From the IMG/VR virus record IMGVR_UViG_3300042898_001439, positions 14,726-78,725 of that record: 64,000 bases of DNA. One strand, written 5' to 3'. Made by a program: the position numbers and the translations under genes. This document shows positions 16,801 to 26,523 of this stretch, piece after piece (the first letter of the stretch is position 1; the number at the start of each line of letters is the position of its first letter). The stretch comes from a virus. Under the pieces are notes generated by a model. It was not told where the DNA came from, did not search any database, and was given only the letters and a program-made list of their open reading frames with translations.

Positions 16801-19204
16801 TGTTGTCTTCAATCCACTCTTTTCTCTTTTGCTCAAGTTCCGGACTACCGGGTTGCAAACCATTAGCAATCAATCCATCAAGATAGTCATTCAATCTTCC
16901 CTCAAAGACATCAATCATAGGAATCTGCTCATAGAACTTAGACGACTCCTCTCTGTATTGTCTGTGGAGATTTGCTTTCTCTAAGTCATTACCAGTCTTC
17001 TTGGTTCCATCAGGATATCTCAGTGAGAAAAGATTTGAGTACTGTGACCAAAGTTCTTTAACTCTGTCTTGGTGATCTTGATCAACAGAAGTTTTAGATT
17101 GATCCAAAGCATCCATTTCATTCTGAACACTCTCTAGAATCTTCTCTCTTTCATATCTAGCTTCTGCACCTAGTTCACCAGCATCATCATAGATTTTATT
17201 CTTTTCGTAAAACTCATTGACATACTCTCTGTGCATGTAATTAGTTTCCCACTGCTGAAGTTCTTTCTTTTTATTACGAGCTTCTTTGTTTTTACCTTCT
17301 TTGATAAGTTGCTCATACTCAAAGTTTAAGCGAATTCTATCTGCCTCATAGTTCTTAAACTGGTTTAGAAGTTTAACAACTTGATACTCTTCAAGCTCTC
17401 CTTTGTCATTAACTCTTGTCTTATTGTCTATGAAAGTTAAAACCTTCATAAGCTCAGCAGGATTGCTAGCATCATAACCAGCTTTGTCTAACTTAGACAT
17501 AAGTTCGGTTGACATCTGATTTACCCTGCTTTGAACTTTTACTTGTACATCAATAAGATTATCCTTAAGATATTTAGCAAAGCCACCAACTATAATATCC
17601 GGGTTATTAATGTAGCTTTCAAGGAATGCAGAAAACGCATTAGTATCTCCAAGACTTCCTCTTAGAGTAGCTTTAATCTTAGCTCTATCAAAACTAAACT
17701 TTTCCAAATCGGCTCTAAGCTTTTTAATCTTTCCAGCTGGAGCATTTGCTTTAATAGCTTTTTCTAGTTCAGCTTTTATGTTAGACTGAATGTTCTCTGA
17801 TACAGTCTGAAGAGTATCCCAAAGCAAATCAGCACTTGCCTCAGTGTAAACGTTTACAATGTTTTTTTGAGATCTCTCAACAATACCCTTAATATTATCA
17901 ATTAGATTAGCAATCTGTCCTGTGCTACTTAAACCACCTTCACTTAATACATCATTAGCGTGTTCAAGAAGCTTGTTCCAGTTACTGGTAAGATTATCTA
18001 AATAGTAAATCTTTTGAAAAGCTTCTTGAGTATCAAGTTGAGTAAGTTCGTTAATCTCAGTATCAATGAGTTTCATCATCGCTTCAATCTTTCTCAAAGC
18101 AATAACAAACTGAGTAGCCCTTCTAGAAATAATCTCTGCATCAGCTGCAGCATCATCAATTACAGACTCTAAGCCAGATACTGTCTTCAGGGTATCTCTA
18201 ACACCCTGAAGTAATCCTCTACCACTATCTTCGGCAAGTAGTTCTTTGATGAACTTCTGCTTTCCGCTTCTCTGTATAGATCTAATCTGAGACGTTACTA
18301 GCTGAAAAGTATCCTCAACCGTTTGTACAAGTGCATCATTCTGCACTTTCTCAAGCTCTGCTTTAAGCTTTAGATCATTAGCACGGAGATATGCAACATA
18401 CTCTTCCTCACTAATAGAATCAGTATTGATCTCAAAGTTTTCACTCTTTAGCATCTCTGCCAAATCAGCAATCTTAGTATCAAGTGTGAGTCTCTCAACT
18501 TTTACCTTTCTACCAAACATGTTTCTAAACAGTTGCTTGATAGCATAGAGAACTTTCTGAATAAATCCGTTAGCCTGGAAGTCTTGTGCAGATACGTTCT
18601 TTTGTACAGCACGTACAATTGCCTCCTCAAACTTTAGATCTTGCTCTTCTTCACCATAGAGCTCTTCAACAATAGCATTAATCTGTGTATCAGCAATAGC
18701 TTCAGCTGCCAACCGGTCAAACAATGCTCTGTTTTCATTCTTAATAGCTCTAACTAATGGGTGAATAAACTCGTGGATTGCATCATCTGCACCAAATGCT
18801 CCGTCAAGCAAGTATACTTTACCACCAACAAAGAATGCTTTTTCACCTGACCAAGGATTCTTACTGTTCTTAGTCAGCTCAATTGCATCATCACCGCTAA
18901 TAATCTGGTAATCAACTCCAAGCTTTTCTTGAAGGACATCCAAAATTCTAGCAGTAGTACCAGCAACAATAGCTTTACCACTAGTACCAATATTTAAATC
19001 AGGTATAGCTTGAACCGTTTCAAATTTTACAGTACCATCTGAAGACAAAAACTTTATAGTATCTCCTGGAACATATGCACGACCTAATTCTTCTGTAGTA
19101 AGCAGGTCTCCTTTTTTAGCATAAGCACGGTAAGCTTCAAACTCACCAAGCTTATCTACCATATTAACCCACTCTTTGGAACTCTTGTTTGGACAAGCAA
19201 TCAT
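13835..19204 (-). CDS. Giant virion cargo/ejection protein (1789 aa) with N-terminal zincin-like HExxH domain
   Basis: AIHEFIH...FEEAIV; long helical/coiled-coil body; hydrophobic C-terminal helices; directly follows the virion RNAP as in crAss-like phages. Confidence 0.75.
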   Translation of the reverse strand: MIACPNKSSKEWVNMVDKLGEFEAYRAYAKKGDLLTTEELGRAYVPGDTIKFLSSDGTVKFETVQAIPDLNIGTSGKAIVAGTTARILDVLQEKLGVDYQIISGDDAIELTKNSKNPWSGEKAFFVGGKVYLLDGAFGADDAIHEFIHPLVRAIKNENRALFDRLAAEAIADTQINAIVEELYGEEEQDLKFEEAIVRAVQKNVSAQDFQANGFIQKVLYAIKQLFRNMFGRKVKVERLTLDTKIADLAEMLKSENFEINTDSISEEEYVAYLRANDLKLKAELEKVQNDALVQTVEDTFQLVTSQIRSIQRSGKQKFIKELLAEDSGRGLLQGVRDTLKTVSGLESVIDDAAADAEIISRRATQFVIALRKIEAMMKLIDTEINELTQLDTQEAFQKIYYLDNLTSNWNKLLEHANDVLSEGGLSSTGQIANLIDNIKGIVERSQKNIVNVYTEASADLLWDTLQTVSENIQSNIKAELEKAIKANAPAGKIKKLRADLEKFSFDRAKIKATLRGSLGDTNAFSAFLESYINNPDIIVGGFAKYLKDNLIDVQVKVQSRVNQMSTELMSKLDKAGYDASNPAELMKVLTFIDNKTRVNDKGELEEYQVVKLLNQFKNYEADRIRLNFEYEQLIKEGKNKEARNKKKELQQWETNYMHREYVNEFYEKNKIYDDAGELGAEARYEREKILESVQNEMDALDQSKTSVDQDHQDRVKELWSQYSNLFSLRYPDGTKKTGNDLEKANLHRQYREESSKFYEQIPMIDVFEGRLNDYLDGLIANGLQPGSPELEQKRKEWIEDNTRYAVDSEYYERKQRASSEISQILSKYPGSGQLSKEVSDTYNDIVDLVSGFKDEDGQIVGTDMSDARIEEIKTLQEKAILLRDKLAQVSGLTVSEFDRLQELLEQKEQRELTDEEIDEMSVLLQAKEMSRMTMRDKGRLSALYSELSKLQSKVATDYYVELANEKIQQVRFNNPEMNSVLFKSVNNRTADLLLQPTIVNPLLKASPEFKAWYEANHVQVKRFDYSTGEEVTKYQRLFAWNRNVPAKEFVKTTELSTGEVVQGIPKREFFYARVKDQYRTKKVVGETVDNRGYWLPKTVQQGAIDDKYINQDYEALRKNSPEKFAALESLSKVHLENQLGANKSAKLYLEIPRFRKHNLEFIRTTNLAEKGKEKVGAITSIAKALKSQFVGAADDAEDGYNFTQENFDLVSADMFDNEISGIPVAGKYRLDIDQVSLDVVGSMVKYMASVERQKKLIEINPHVKALQKVLKDPRNGVKDMGKVNRSAYIYRGIISPITKKGESVRAKAIDNLIEREFEGIKFTGLGSESTTIQKVSSTLFGLASFRFFAGNIPSALKNRFGAIIQNNIEAIGGSNFSSKDYTKGKLKGWQVTSEISSQIYKKGPKSLNVQLVEVFDPVQGRFEQKMADLGSRTLLRDLSEGSVLFSPRKVLELEGSMEFFFSMMHGQKIEFTQNGETRMIDYVDAWDIVDGQLTLKEGVDKSWDKGGKNFKLFVNKTHDLMNKLQGTYAQFDQPEAQRYLAFRFVSFLRRYFTSMFMHRFGNRRFNAAGAEVSAGYYKEFGNFFVSLMRGLGQGGFYFTESEKRGALKTVAEIGQLMALTLISTFAFGFDLDDEDKYEKLRKRSGPLQLPGVAESEYEFDLGGWLMNHALYQTMLVQAENRQFIPLPTVAYKGTQYSFGLTDYANLLDASSIVIAPTFGAYGSIINDVMQLAGEDDRAFYGRDMGPFEFQQKGDAKVLNHTAKLVGIKGTTVDPSEGIKTFISIEARNK

Positions 19205-22200
19205 GATTTACAATTCTTAATTAGGTCAAGTACGTCTTGATCAGTTACATCTTGTGTTGTTTGAACAGCCTCTCTATATGTAGCACTAGGTGCATTGTTT
19301 GTTGGGAGTACACCAAAAGTATTAGTAAACTCCTCAATAAACACAGTGTAGTATTCGGGTTTACCCTCAAATACATCTGAGTATAAAGAAGAGTCCATAA
19401 CAGGTGTCAAACCCTCACTATTAAGATACTGCAATTTCTGGAAAGCTTCTCTAACACTTTCACGGAATTCCTCAAGGGATACCGCAGATGGTAATTTAAA
19501 TGAAGCAGCATTTTTAACGTTTCTACCAGCAGCTTCTAAAGTCTTAGCTAGAGGAATAGCATATGCAAACTTGGGATTCTTAACTGCAGTTTCTAATGGA
19601 TTCTTAGCAGTATAGTTAGTAGCGCTGAGAAGTATGTTTGTGCCTTCAATGTAGTTTTGTTGAATAGCACTGTACTCCGACAAATAGTTATTTACAGAAC
19701 TTCTATAGACATATTCTTGAGCACCACTTTCATCAAACTTTACAAACTTTGTGGTTAATCCTTTTAAGTACTCAGATATAGATTCACCTTTACTAGCAAC
19801 AAATTGCTGCATTAAAGATGAGTAATTATTATCTGGTGCAATCTTACCAAGATTGTATTCACCAGAGGTAAATCCATTCTGAAGGAATGCTATAGTTGTG
19901 AACTGAGAGAAGAAGTCAGATATTTTCTTATTTTCTTTAGCATCAGATACCTTTTGTATAGATGGATCAGCAAGAGCCACGAGATTATCATGATAAGAAT
20001 CCAGAACTTCGGCCTCAGTAATTCTAGTAGATAGCTTGAGTCTGTCAATACCATTTGTTCTATTAAACACCAAATCATCTAGTACTGGGTACTGACTGGT
20101 TAATTCAGGATGCTTTTCTACAATACTAGTAAAAGTGCTAGCATAGCTTCTTGCTTCATCTGAAGAAGAGAACATGTACCAAAGATTGTTTGAGTTTCTT
20201 AGTGCAGCATCTCTAAGCTTAGCCTCATACTGCTCTTGAGTCTCGGTCTCCAACTTTGTTGTAATAGATCTTAAGTACTCTCTTTCAAGAGTAAAGTTGT
20301 AATACTGATCAAAGCTATTCTTACCATTAATGGTTTTGAAGTTAAAAGCAGAAGGATTAACTCTTGCTCTATCAAACTTAGTAAGACTAGTATTTATATT
20401 CTGAAGATCTCTTCTAAGTTGTGCAGGGTCTACATAAAGAATACCATTCTTTATAGTAGCACCAGCCTCTAGAGATACTTTCTGAATTGGTAATCCCTTA
20501 TATTCTTTAGTAGAAAGGTCTGCTCCCAGTAGTGCTTCTTGGTAAACAGCGGTAAATATTTGAGACAAAGCATTTGAAATACCTGACTCTTTGTTTTCTG
20601 CAAAAGCAAATGTCTTAGTAATAAAATCTACTACTGCAGGGTTGTTTCTTATTGCAAAGAAATCCCAAGCTTCTTTTTGAGAATACGACGCTTTTGCAAA
20701 ACTCTTTAAGATCTTATTACCGTAGTATTTAGAAGCAGTTTCTTCCGGAACAATATTATATCTACCACCAGCAAGTGCTTTCTGAACATTACCCTCTCTA
20801 AGATTTAGAGCAAAAGAATTGTTAAATGTGCTTGTATCAAAGTTTGAAGAAAGCTTTAGACCTGTAATATCATCACTAACAGCCTCAAGTTGTAAGAAGT
20901 GAGCAAATGCTTCTAATTGTAATTGATCTGAAGCAGCACCAGTAGACAGTTCTGTAAGTTCACTTTCTGAAAATGATTTATTATTTCTTTCTTTTTTCAA
21001 AAAGTTAAGAGCGCTATTCAAATAATCAAGCTTTCCGGAGCTAGCTTTTGCAGCCGCAGTAGCCCTTCTTCTTGTTTTAGTAGTTGCTGCTGTAAGATTA
21101 AAGGGAGAAGTTTGTAGTTTAAACTCTTCTACATATGACTTTACAAGAGGATTAGAAACAAAGTTTATAGCTTGTCTTAAAGGAACTCCAGCTCCAAGCA
21201 TAAACAATAAAACCGGACCCGCAATATTATTACCCTGAACTTCAAAAATCCAAGCATCTTTTTCTACGTCTACCCAACCATTCATAAGCTGAGCAATGAT
21301 ATCACCAATACTTTCTTTTTGCATAGTTCTAAGTCTATCCATTACAATAGCACCATCTTCAGAATTATGCGGAAGTAAAATATTATTATCAAATTCAAAC
21401 TTTTTCGCACCTAGCGAATATTGTATTTTTAAAGAAAGTTTAAATCCTGTTCTATTCATTACAGTATTATTGGTATTATCTACTGCAGCAATACCTAATA
21501 CCATTTTGCCCACCCCGTTACTTTCGTGTTTATTAAGATTGTAACCAACCTCAATAATTTTAAGAGGAGAATTGCTCCAGTTAAACTTCTTGTTGTAACC
21601 CTTTGCAGCAAACTCATCAGCAATAGGTTTAACCATGTCTGTTGCGTTAGGTCTGATAAGGTTTACAAAGTTTTCTGGAGATTCAAGAATCTCAACTACA
21701 CTCTGAATAATATTATTCTCTACCCCCTCGATAGTTTCCTCTGACAGATCTAGTATTAGCTCTCCGTTCTTAACCTTGATATTAGGCATCATAACGGTAA
21801 GCTTGTCAATATCAAAGTCACCACCAGATTTAGTTGTAATCTCGTAGGGTAGTACAATACTGATACCACTCTCTTCGGGTAAGAACTCTGCAACCTGCAT
21901 AAACTCCATAGAATTGTGACCCTGTACTGGAATACGTACAGCAATCATCTGAAGCATCTCTTTATAAAGAACGTTGAATGAGGTCTTTTTAATCATCTCA
22001 TTCAATCTTTCAAGAGTACCGATCTCTTTACCGTCATTGTGGTTAAGCTTCAACAGCTCCTTAAATCTACCCTGCAAAGCAATCTTAACCTCCATAGGTT
22101 CTGTAATGTCACCAGCTTTACGGTAGAACTTAAGTTTAGACTCACCCTCAGTACCAATCTTTTCAAAACCAACACCAGATACTTGTACGAGTGATTCACC

Positions 22201-25200
22201 GTTTACCTTAGTGCGGATAACCTCGTTAGCCACAATAGAATAAAGAGCTTTTTCAATCTCGTTTGCAGCTAGAGAAAAGTCAAGAGCTGATTTTAAATTA
22301 CCGTTTCCAGCTTGCTCTACATAATCTACAACATGCTGAGGAAGCTGACGCTGCTCCAGCTTTTGCTTTAAATAAGTAAGAAGCTTGCTTGTATCTGTAA
22401 CAGTGTAGCTACCATTTTCTTTTGCAATACCAATCTCAGTGTAGAGTTTCTCAAGCTTAAGCGTAACCTGCTTTTCAACAAGTGCTTCATATTGATCTAC
22501 AAGTCTTTCTGCATTCTTAGATACCGGCTTACCACCATCATACATATACTGAAGAATAAGCTTTCTCAACTGAGTAGAGAATCTAACTTCTTCTTTAAAT
22601 GAATCAGAAATATTTACCTGATCTTTCAAGAACGGTAGGTGAACCTGATATGTATTGAGCGGACCCTCTACAAACTTGCCATCAGCATCTACAAACTTTG
22701 TTGCAGGCTTACCATCGGCAAGCTTACTACCAGACTTAAATGTCACATAGTGCACATTCTGTCTAACCATCTGATTATGCAATTGCTCAAGGTTAGTACC
22801 TTTTACAACGGAGGGAACCAGTGGGAATAGTGAGAACTTATGAAAAGCGTATACAGCAAGATTAGAAGTTTGGATAGGTCCAAAGTACTGATACTTTAAA
22901 GGAGGGAATGTTTTAAGAATCTTATTAGGATCTACAGCCTCACCGTTAGCAATCTTTTTATAAAGATCTTCTTGTTGTGGTGACCACTTACCAAGAAGTT
23001 GTCTTGAAGCTTTATAAAAATCAAAGCTAATGTAACCCTGACCATCAGCAGCGTTGGTTTCTTTATACCCGTCAAGATATTTAGTATCAAGACCTGCAGC
23101 TTCAAATGCTTTTGTATATTCAGCAAATAGCTTAGGATTTGATTCTTCCATATTCTGAATCAAATCTTCAAGTACGGCAACGTTTAACACACCATCAAAG
23201 GGGTTAATAGTAAAGCCTTCTTGTGCTGCTAGTCCTTTTGCATATTGGAATCCTGTTCTTGTTACATGATCAAATGCTTTCTTGTTCATTGTATGAACAT
23301 CACCGGTAGAAGCTACACCAGCATTACGCTTGTGGAAGTCATCTTTTGCATGATTGTACAGTGCAGCATCACCATAAAGAATAGGTAATACTTCAAGATT
23401 ATGAATAAGAGCATTAGCAGTATAAGCAGCTACTGCTACATCATTACTAACACCGGCAAGATTTCTAAGACTCTCTGATTTAAATGGAAGACGAGCAAAG
23501 ATTTCTTTATTATTATTTATCTGACCAACAACATACTTTGCCAAAGCTTGATTAATCTTTTCAGATAGCTCCGTATTAGCGTTAATCTGAGAAAGAATAT
23601 CTCTATTATAGTCAAGAGCCATAAGCTCGTCCTTAGAGTCTTTAAGAATATCACCAAACAAAGTAAGATCTTTTGCTTTATCTGTGTAACCTGGAATATC
23701 TACATCCTGATTAATAACTGTAAGAGCTCGTGTTACTTCATTAGCAACATGCTGTTTCATTAAGTCAACAGTAGCCTTGATACCACGATCATCAGCAAAT
23801 CTATTTATATCTACGTAAAGATGTGGGTTGTTTGTATTGTACTTAGTACTCAATCTAGCACCTTTAACTGCATAAGCACTGGATTTAGAAGCATGACGCA
23901 TAAGCTCCATATCACCGGAGCTAAGCATTGCATTCATATCATAGATAAACTTGCTGTAAGGATCAAGAGCTGTTGTAGATATACCTGTAGATCTATCACT
24001 ATCAATAAGCTTTACACCATTGAAGTTAGAAAGCTCAAGCTTTCCTCCAGGTATTCTCTCACCAAACTTAACTCTTACTGTTTCACCAGTAGCGGGATTT
24101 CTGTACGACGTAAACTCCTTGGTGATATCAAGATTAAATACAGATCCTAAGATGTGGTTACCCTTAAGCATAGGATTCTTTGTAATATCCCAGCTTGCCA
24201 TATGTGGCATCTTAACGATATCTTGGTAAGTCAACTCAGGATTGTTAATCATAGAAACAATCTGAGTAATAGTATTATTCAGAGAGTATTCATTCTGAGG
24301 ATTGTTCTCAGCGTTAAGAACTTGACCCATCAAAGCTTTATCAGAAGAAAGTCTTCTGTAATCTAATAGGTCATTAATAAGCTTAGCATTACTCTCAAGC
24401 TCAAGATCTTTTCTAGTCTGCTTTAGAGTTGATACAGAATTAGCAATACCAGTAAACTCCGGTGACTTAGAATCTTTAGCGTAGATCTTATTGAGTGCAG
24501 GACGCAAGTAAGTATTTACTCTATTAGTAAACTTCTTTAGATCTTCTCTAACAATAGCAGTGTCATCAAAGTAAATACCAATTGCCTGAAGGTAATCGTA
24601 TACGTTTGCATGTGTTACAGCTTTAAAGTCTTGATTGAGTTTTGTTACATTCAAGACAGTACCTGCACTAGTCTTAGTTACATAAGGATTTACTTCTCCA
24701 CTAATCGTTTGACCAAGAGTAAACAGTCTATGCCACTCTCTTTCTACCTTTTTATTATCACCAATAGCACGACCAAAAGTCTCAAGAGTTTTACCCTCAG
24801 CTTTAGTAACAGTCATTTCCTTAATAGGAATCTCGTACTTATTAAATGTCTGGTAGAACTTTGTCCACATAGATAGACCAGCATCGCTAACAATAACTAA
24901 AGGATCTCCAAGCTTATCCGCAACTTGGTTTAGCATAGAGTTTTTAGAAGACTTGAGAATCTCATACATCTTCTGCTCATTGTAACCCTTACCTGATACA
25001 GCTTTGGCTACTTTCTTAAATACTTCTTCTCCGCTATAGAGTTTAGGTAGACCAAAGTAATTCGTCGTATCAGCTTTAATACTGCGAAGAGTGTACATAA
25101 TTACCGGATCCGCATAATCAACCAGTGTACCTTCAGTTCCAGATCTATCTTGAAGCTGAGTGTAGTCCATTGTGTCATTCTCATCAATATCAAGAATATC

Positions 25201-26523
25201 AGCAACAGACTTTGCAGTAATCTTAAAATCAAGATACTTACTACGCTTCTTATGGTATGCAATCGTACCGGTAGCACCACGCTTGGATGCAGAAACTACA
25301 TCACCATAGTTATTAATAGCAAAGTCAAGAGCATTTAGTTTTTCAATTAGTTGCTCTCTTTCAATTGGATCAATTGTAGCTTCTACTCCTGCAGCTACTG
25401 CACTGCGTACAGCTTTTAAACCTGACAGAGCTACATCATACACAGACTTAAGAGTTTCTTCTGTAGAGAAGAGTACGCTTACAGGTAGATTGTTTTTATC
25501 AAGAGCTTCAGAGATGAAGTAATCAATTGCCTCAACCACAGCCAAAGACTGAGTAGAAGTCAAAGATGTTTGCTTGTCTTCAATTCCGGTTAAACCTTTA
25601 TTAAGAAGACCAAACTGTACATTATCAAGAGACGGTTTAAGATTTAAGGTATGACCCTTATAAAGGTTATCATACATCTCTTGTATACTAACAAGAGCAG
25701 TCTGCTTGCTGAGAGCTTCTCTTGCAGATACTCCGCCAAAGAGTTGCTTCAAGAATCTAAGAAGCTTTCTAAAAATTGTATTTCTTTCTGGACGCTTACC
25801 AAGTACAAGCTTACCATCAGACAAAAGATATTTTCTAAAATCTTCTGCAAGTGTTTCTTCTACCTGAAAATCGGTAAGCTTAGAACCAAGAACCTTTCTT
25901 GCTTCATTGTATAGAGCTTGCTTCTGACCTTTTGTAAGATATAACTGGCTGAATCCGTGAAAAGCTTCGTGGTAGATATCAGTGTAGTTAGCACCATGAA
26001 ATAGTGTGATACCATACTGAGTCCACTGTGCAAACGCATTACTGTTTACCACATTGAATGCTTCTTGCAAACCAATGTTCTTACTCAGAGGGCTTTTATC
26101 CCACCATTCTTTAGCAGCTTTTACCTGATCTACAGTAGCTTGGTTATCATTACCCTTAAGCTTAAAGAGATACCAATCGTCATAAGTAATACCGGAACGC
26201 TCTGCATCTTGACGTTGAACATTTCTAGCATCTTCACGCTCTTCATACTTTCTAAAGACACGATCTACAAATGCCGGATCGGGTGTAATGTCAATGTACT
26301 TCTGACCATTATCCTCAAATGCAATCTTTGCAGCTTTACCACCAAACAAGTCATTGATTTGGTTTACAGCTTTAGCTATAGCATTACTTTTTTGTCCTGC
26401 CTGATTAATACCAATATAAGTAATAGAATTAGTAGACTCTAGATATTCTCTAGCGCTTTCCTTGATTCTTTTTACAAATTCAATCCGGATACTCTCCTCA
26501 ATATCAAGCGAACATAGTCTCAT
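19201..26523 (-). CDS. Virion-packaged single-subunit double-psi-barrel RNA polymerase (phi14:2 gp66-like) with N-terminal zincin domain
   Basis: RIPVQG...GGDFDIDKL (DFDID at 21805-21819), ADGQGY, KSGSK, STQLRKL; HEAFH...EETLAEDF. Confidence 0.92.
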   Translation of the reverse strand: MRLCSLDIEESIRIEFVKRIKESAREYLESTNSITYIGINQAGQKSNAIAKAVNQINDLFGGKAAKIAFEDNGQKYIDITPDPAFVDRVFRKYEEREDARNVQRQDAERSGITYDDWYLFKLKGNDNQATVDQVKAAKEWWDKSPLSKNIGLQEAFNVVNSNAFAQWTQYGITLFHGANYTDIYHEAFHGFSQLYLTKGQKQALYNEARKVLGSKLTDFQVEETLAEDFRKYLLSDGKLVLGKRPERNTIFRKLLRFLKQLFGGVSAREALSKQTALVSIQEMYDNLYKGHTLNLKPSLDNVQFGLLNKGLTGIEDKQTSLTSTQSLAVVEAIDYFISEALDKNNLPVSVLFSTEETLKSVYDVALSGLKAVRSAVAAGVEATIDPIEREQLIEKLNALDFAINNYGDVVSASKRGATGTIAYHKKRSKYLDFKITAKSVADILDIDENDTMDYTQLQDRSGTEGTLVDYADPVIMYTLRSIKADTTNYFGLPKLYSGEEVFKKVAKAVSGKGYNEQKMYEILKSSKNSMLNQVADKLGDPLVIVSDAGLSMWTKFYQTFNKYEIPIKEMTVTKAEGKTLETFGRAIGDNKKVEREWHRLFTLGQTISGEVNPYVTKTSAGTVLNVTKLNQDFKAVTHANVYDYLQAIGIYFDDTAIVREDLKKFTNRVNTYLRPALNKIYAKDSKSPEFTGIANSVSTLKQTRKDLELESNAKLINDLLDYRRLSSDKALMGQVLNAENNPQNEYSLNNTITQIVSMINNPELTYQDIVKMPHMASWDITKNPMLKGNHILGSVFNLDITKEFTSYRNPATGETVRVKFGERIPGGKLELSNFNGVKLIDSDRSTGISTTALDPYSKFIYDMNAMLSSGDMELMRHASKSSAYAVKGARLSTKYNTNNPHLYVDINRFADDRGIKATVDLMKQHVANEVTRALTVINQDVDIPGYTDKAKDLTLFGDILKDSKDELMALDYNRDILSQINANTELSEKINQALAKYVVGQINNNKEIFARLPFKSESLRNLAGVSNDVAVAAYTANALIHNLEVLPILYGDAALYNHAKDDFHKRNAGVASTGDVHTMNKKAFDHVTRTGFQYAKGLAAQEGFTINPFDGVLNVAVLEDLIQNMEESNPKLFAEYTKAFEAAGLDTKYLDGYKETNAADGQGYISFDFYKASRQLLGKWSPQQEDLYKKIANGEAVDPNKILKTFPPLKYQYFGPIQTSNLAVYAFHKFSLFPLVPSVVKGTNLEQLHNQMVRQNVHYVTFKSGSKLADGKPATKFVDADGKFVEGPLNTYQVHLPFLKDQVNISDSFKEEVRFSTQLRKLILQYMYDGGKPVSKNAERLVDQYEALVEKQVTLKLEKLYTEIGIAKENGSYTVTDTSKLLTYLKQKLEQRQLPQHVVDYVEQAGNGNLKSALDFSLAANEIEKALYSIVANEVIRTKVNGESLVQVSGVGFEKIGTEGESKLKFYRKAGDITEPMEVKIALQGRFKELLKLNHNDGKEIGTLERLNEMIKKTSFNVLYKEMLQMIAVRIPVQGHNSMEFMQVAEFLPEESGISIVLPYEITTKSGGDFDIDKLTVMMPNIKVKNGELILDLSEETIEGVENNIIQSVVEILESPENFVNLIRPNATDMVKPIADEFAAKGYNKKFNWSNSPLKIIEVGYNLNKHESNGVGKMVLGIAAVDNTNNTVMNRTGFKLSLKIQYSLGAKKFEFDNNILLPHNSEDGAIVMDRLRTMQKESIGDIIAQLMNGWVDVEKDAWIFEVQGNNIAGPVLLFMLGAGVPLRQAINFVSNPLVKSYVEEFKLQTSPFNLTAATTKTRRRATAAAKASSGKLDYLNSALNFLKKERNNKSFSESELTELSTGAASDQLQLEAFAHFLQLEAVSDDITGLKLSSNFDTSTFNNSFALNLREGNVQKALAGGRYNIVPEETASKYYGNKILKSFAKASYSQKEAWDFFAIRNNPAVVDFITKTFAFAENKESGISNALSQIFTAVYQEALLGADLSTKEYKGLPIQKVSLEAGATIKNGILYVDPAQLRRDLQNINTSLTKFDRARVNPSAFNFKTINGKNSFDQYYNFTLEREYLRSITTKLETETQEQYEAKLRDAALRNSNNLWYMFSSSDEARSYASTFTSIVEKHPELTSQYPVLDDLVFNRTNGIDRLKLSTRITEAEVLDSYHDNLVALADPSIQKVSDAKENKKISDFFSQFTTIAFLQNGFTSGEYNLGKIAPDNNYSSLMQQFVASKGESISEYLKGLTTKFVKFDESGAQEYVYRSSVNNYLSEYSAIQQNYIEGTNILLSATNYTAKNPLETAVKNPKFAYAIPLAKTLEAAGRNVKNAASFKLPSAVSLEEFRESVREAFQKLQYLNSEGLTPVMDSSLYSDVFEGKPEYYTVFIEEFTNTFGVLPTNNAPSATYREAVQTTQDVTDQDVLDLIKNCKS

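Noticed and set aside
1052-26523. Inteins or group I introns in PolB or RNAP
   Set aside because: No intein-type C/S...HN junctions or LAGLIDADG/HNH motifs recognised; reading frames are uninterrupted.
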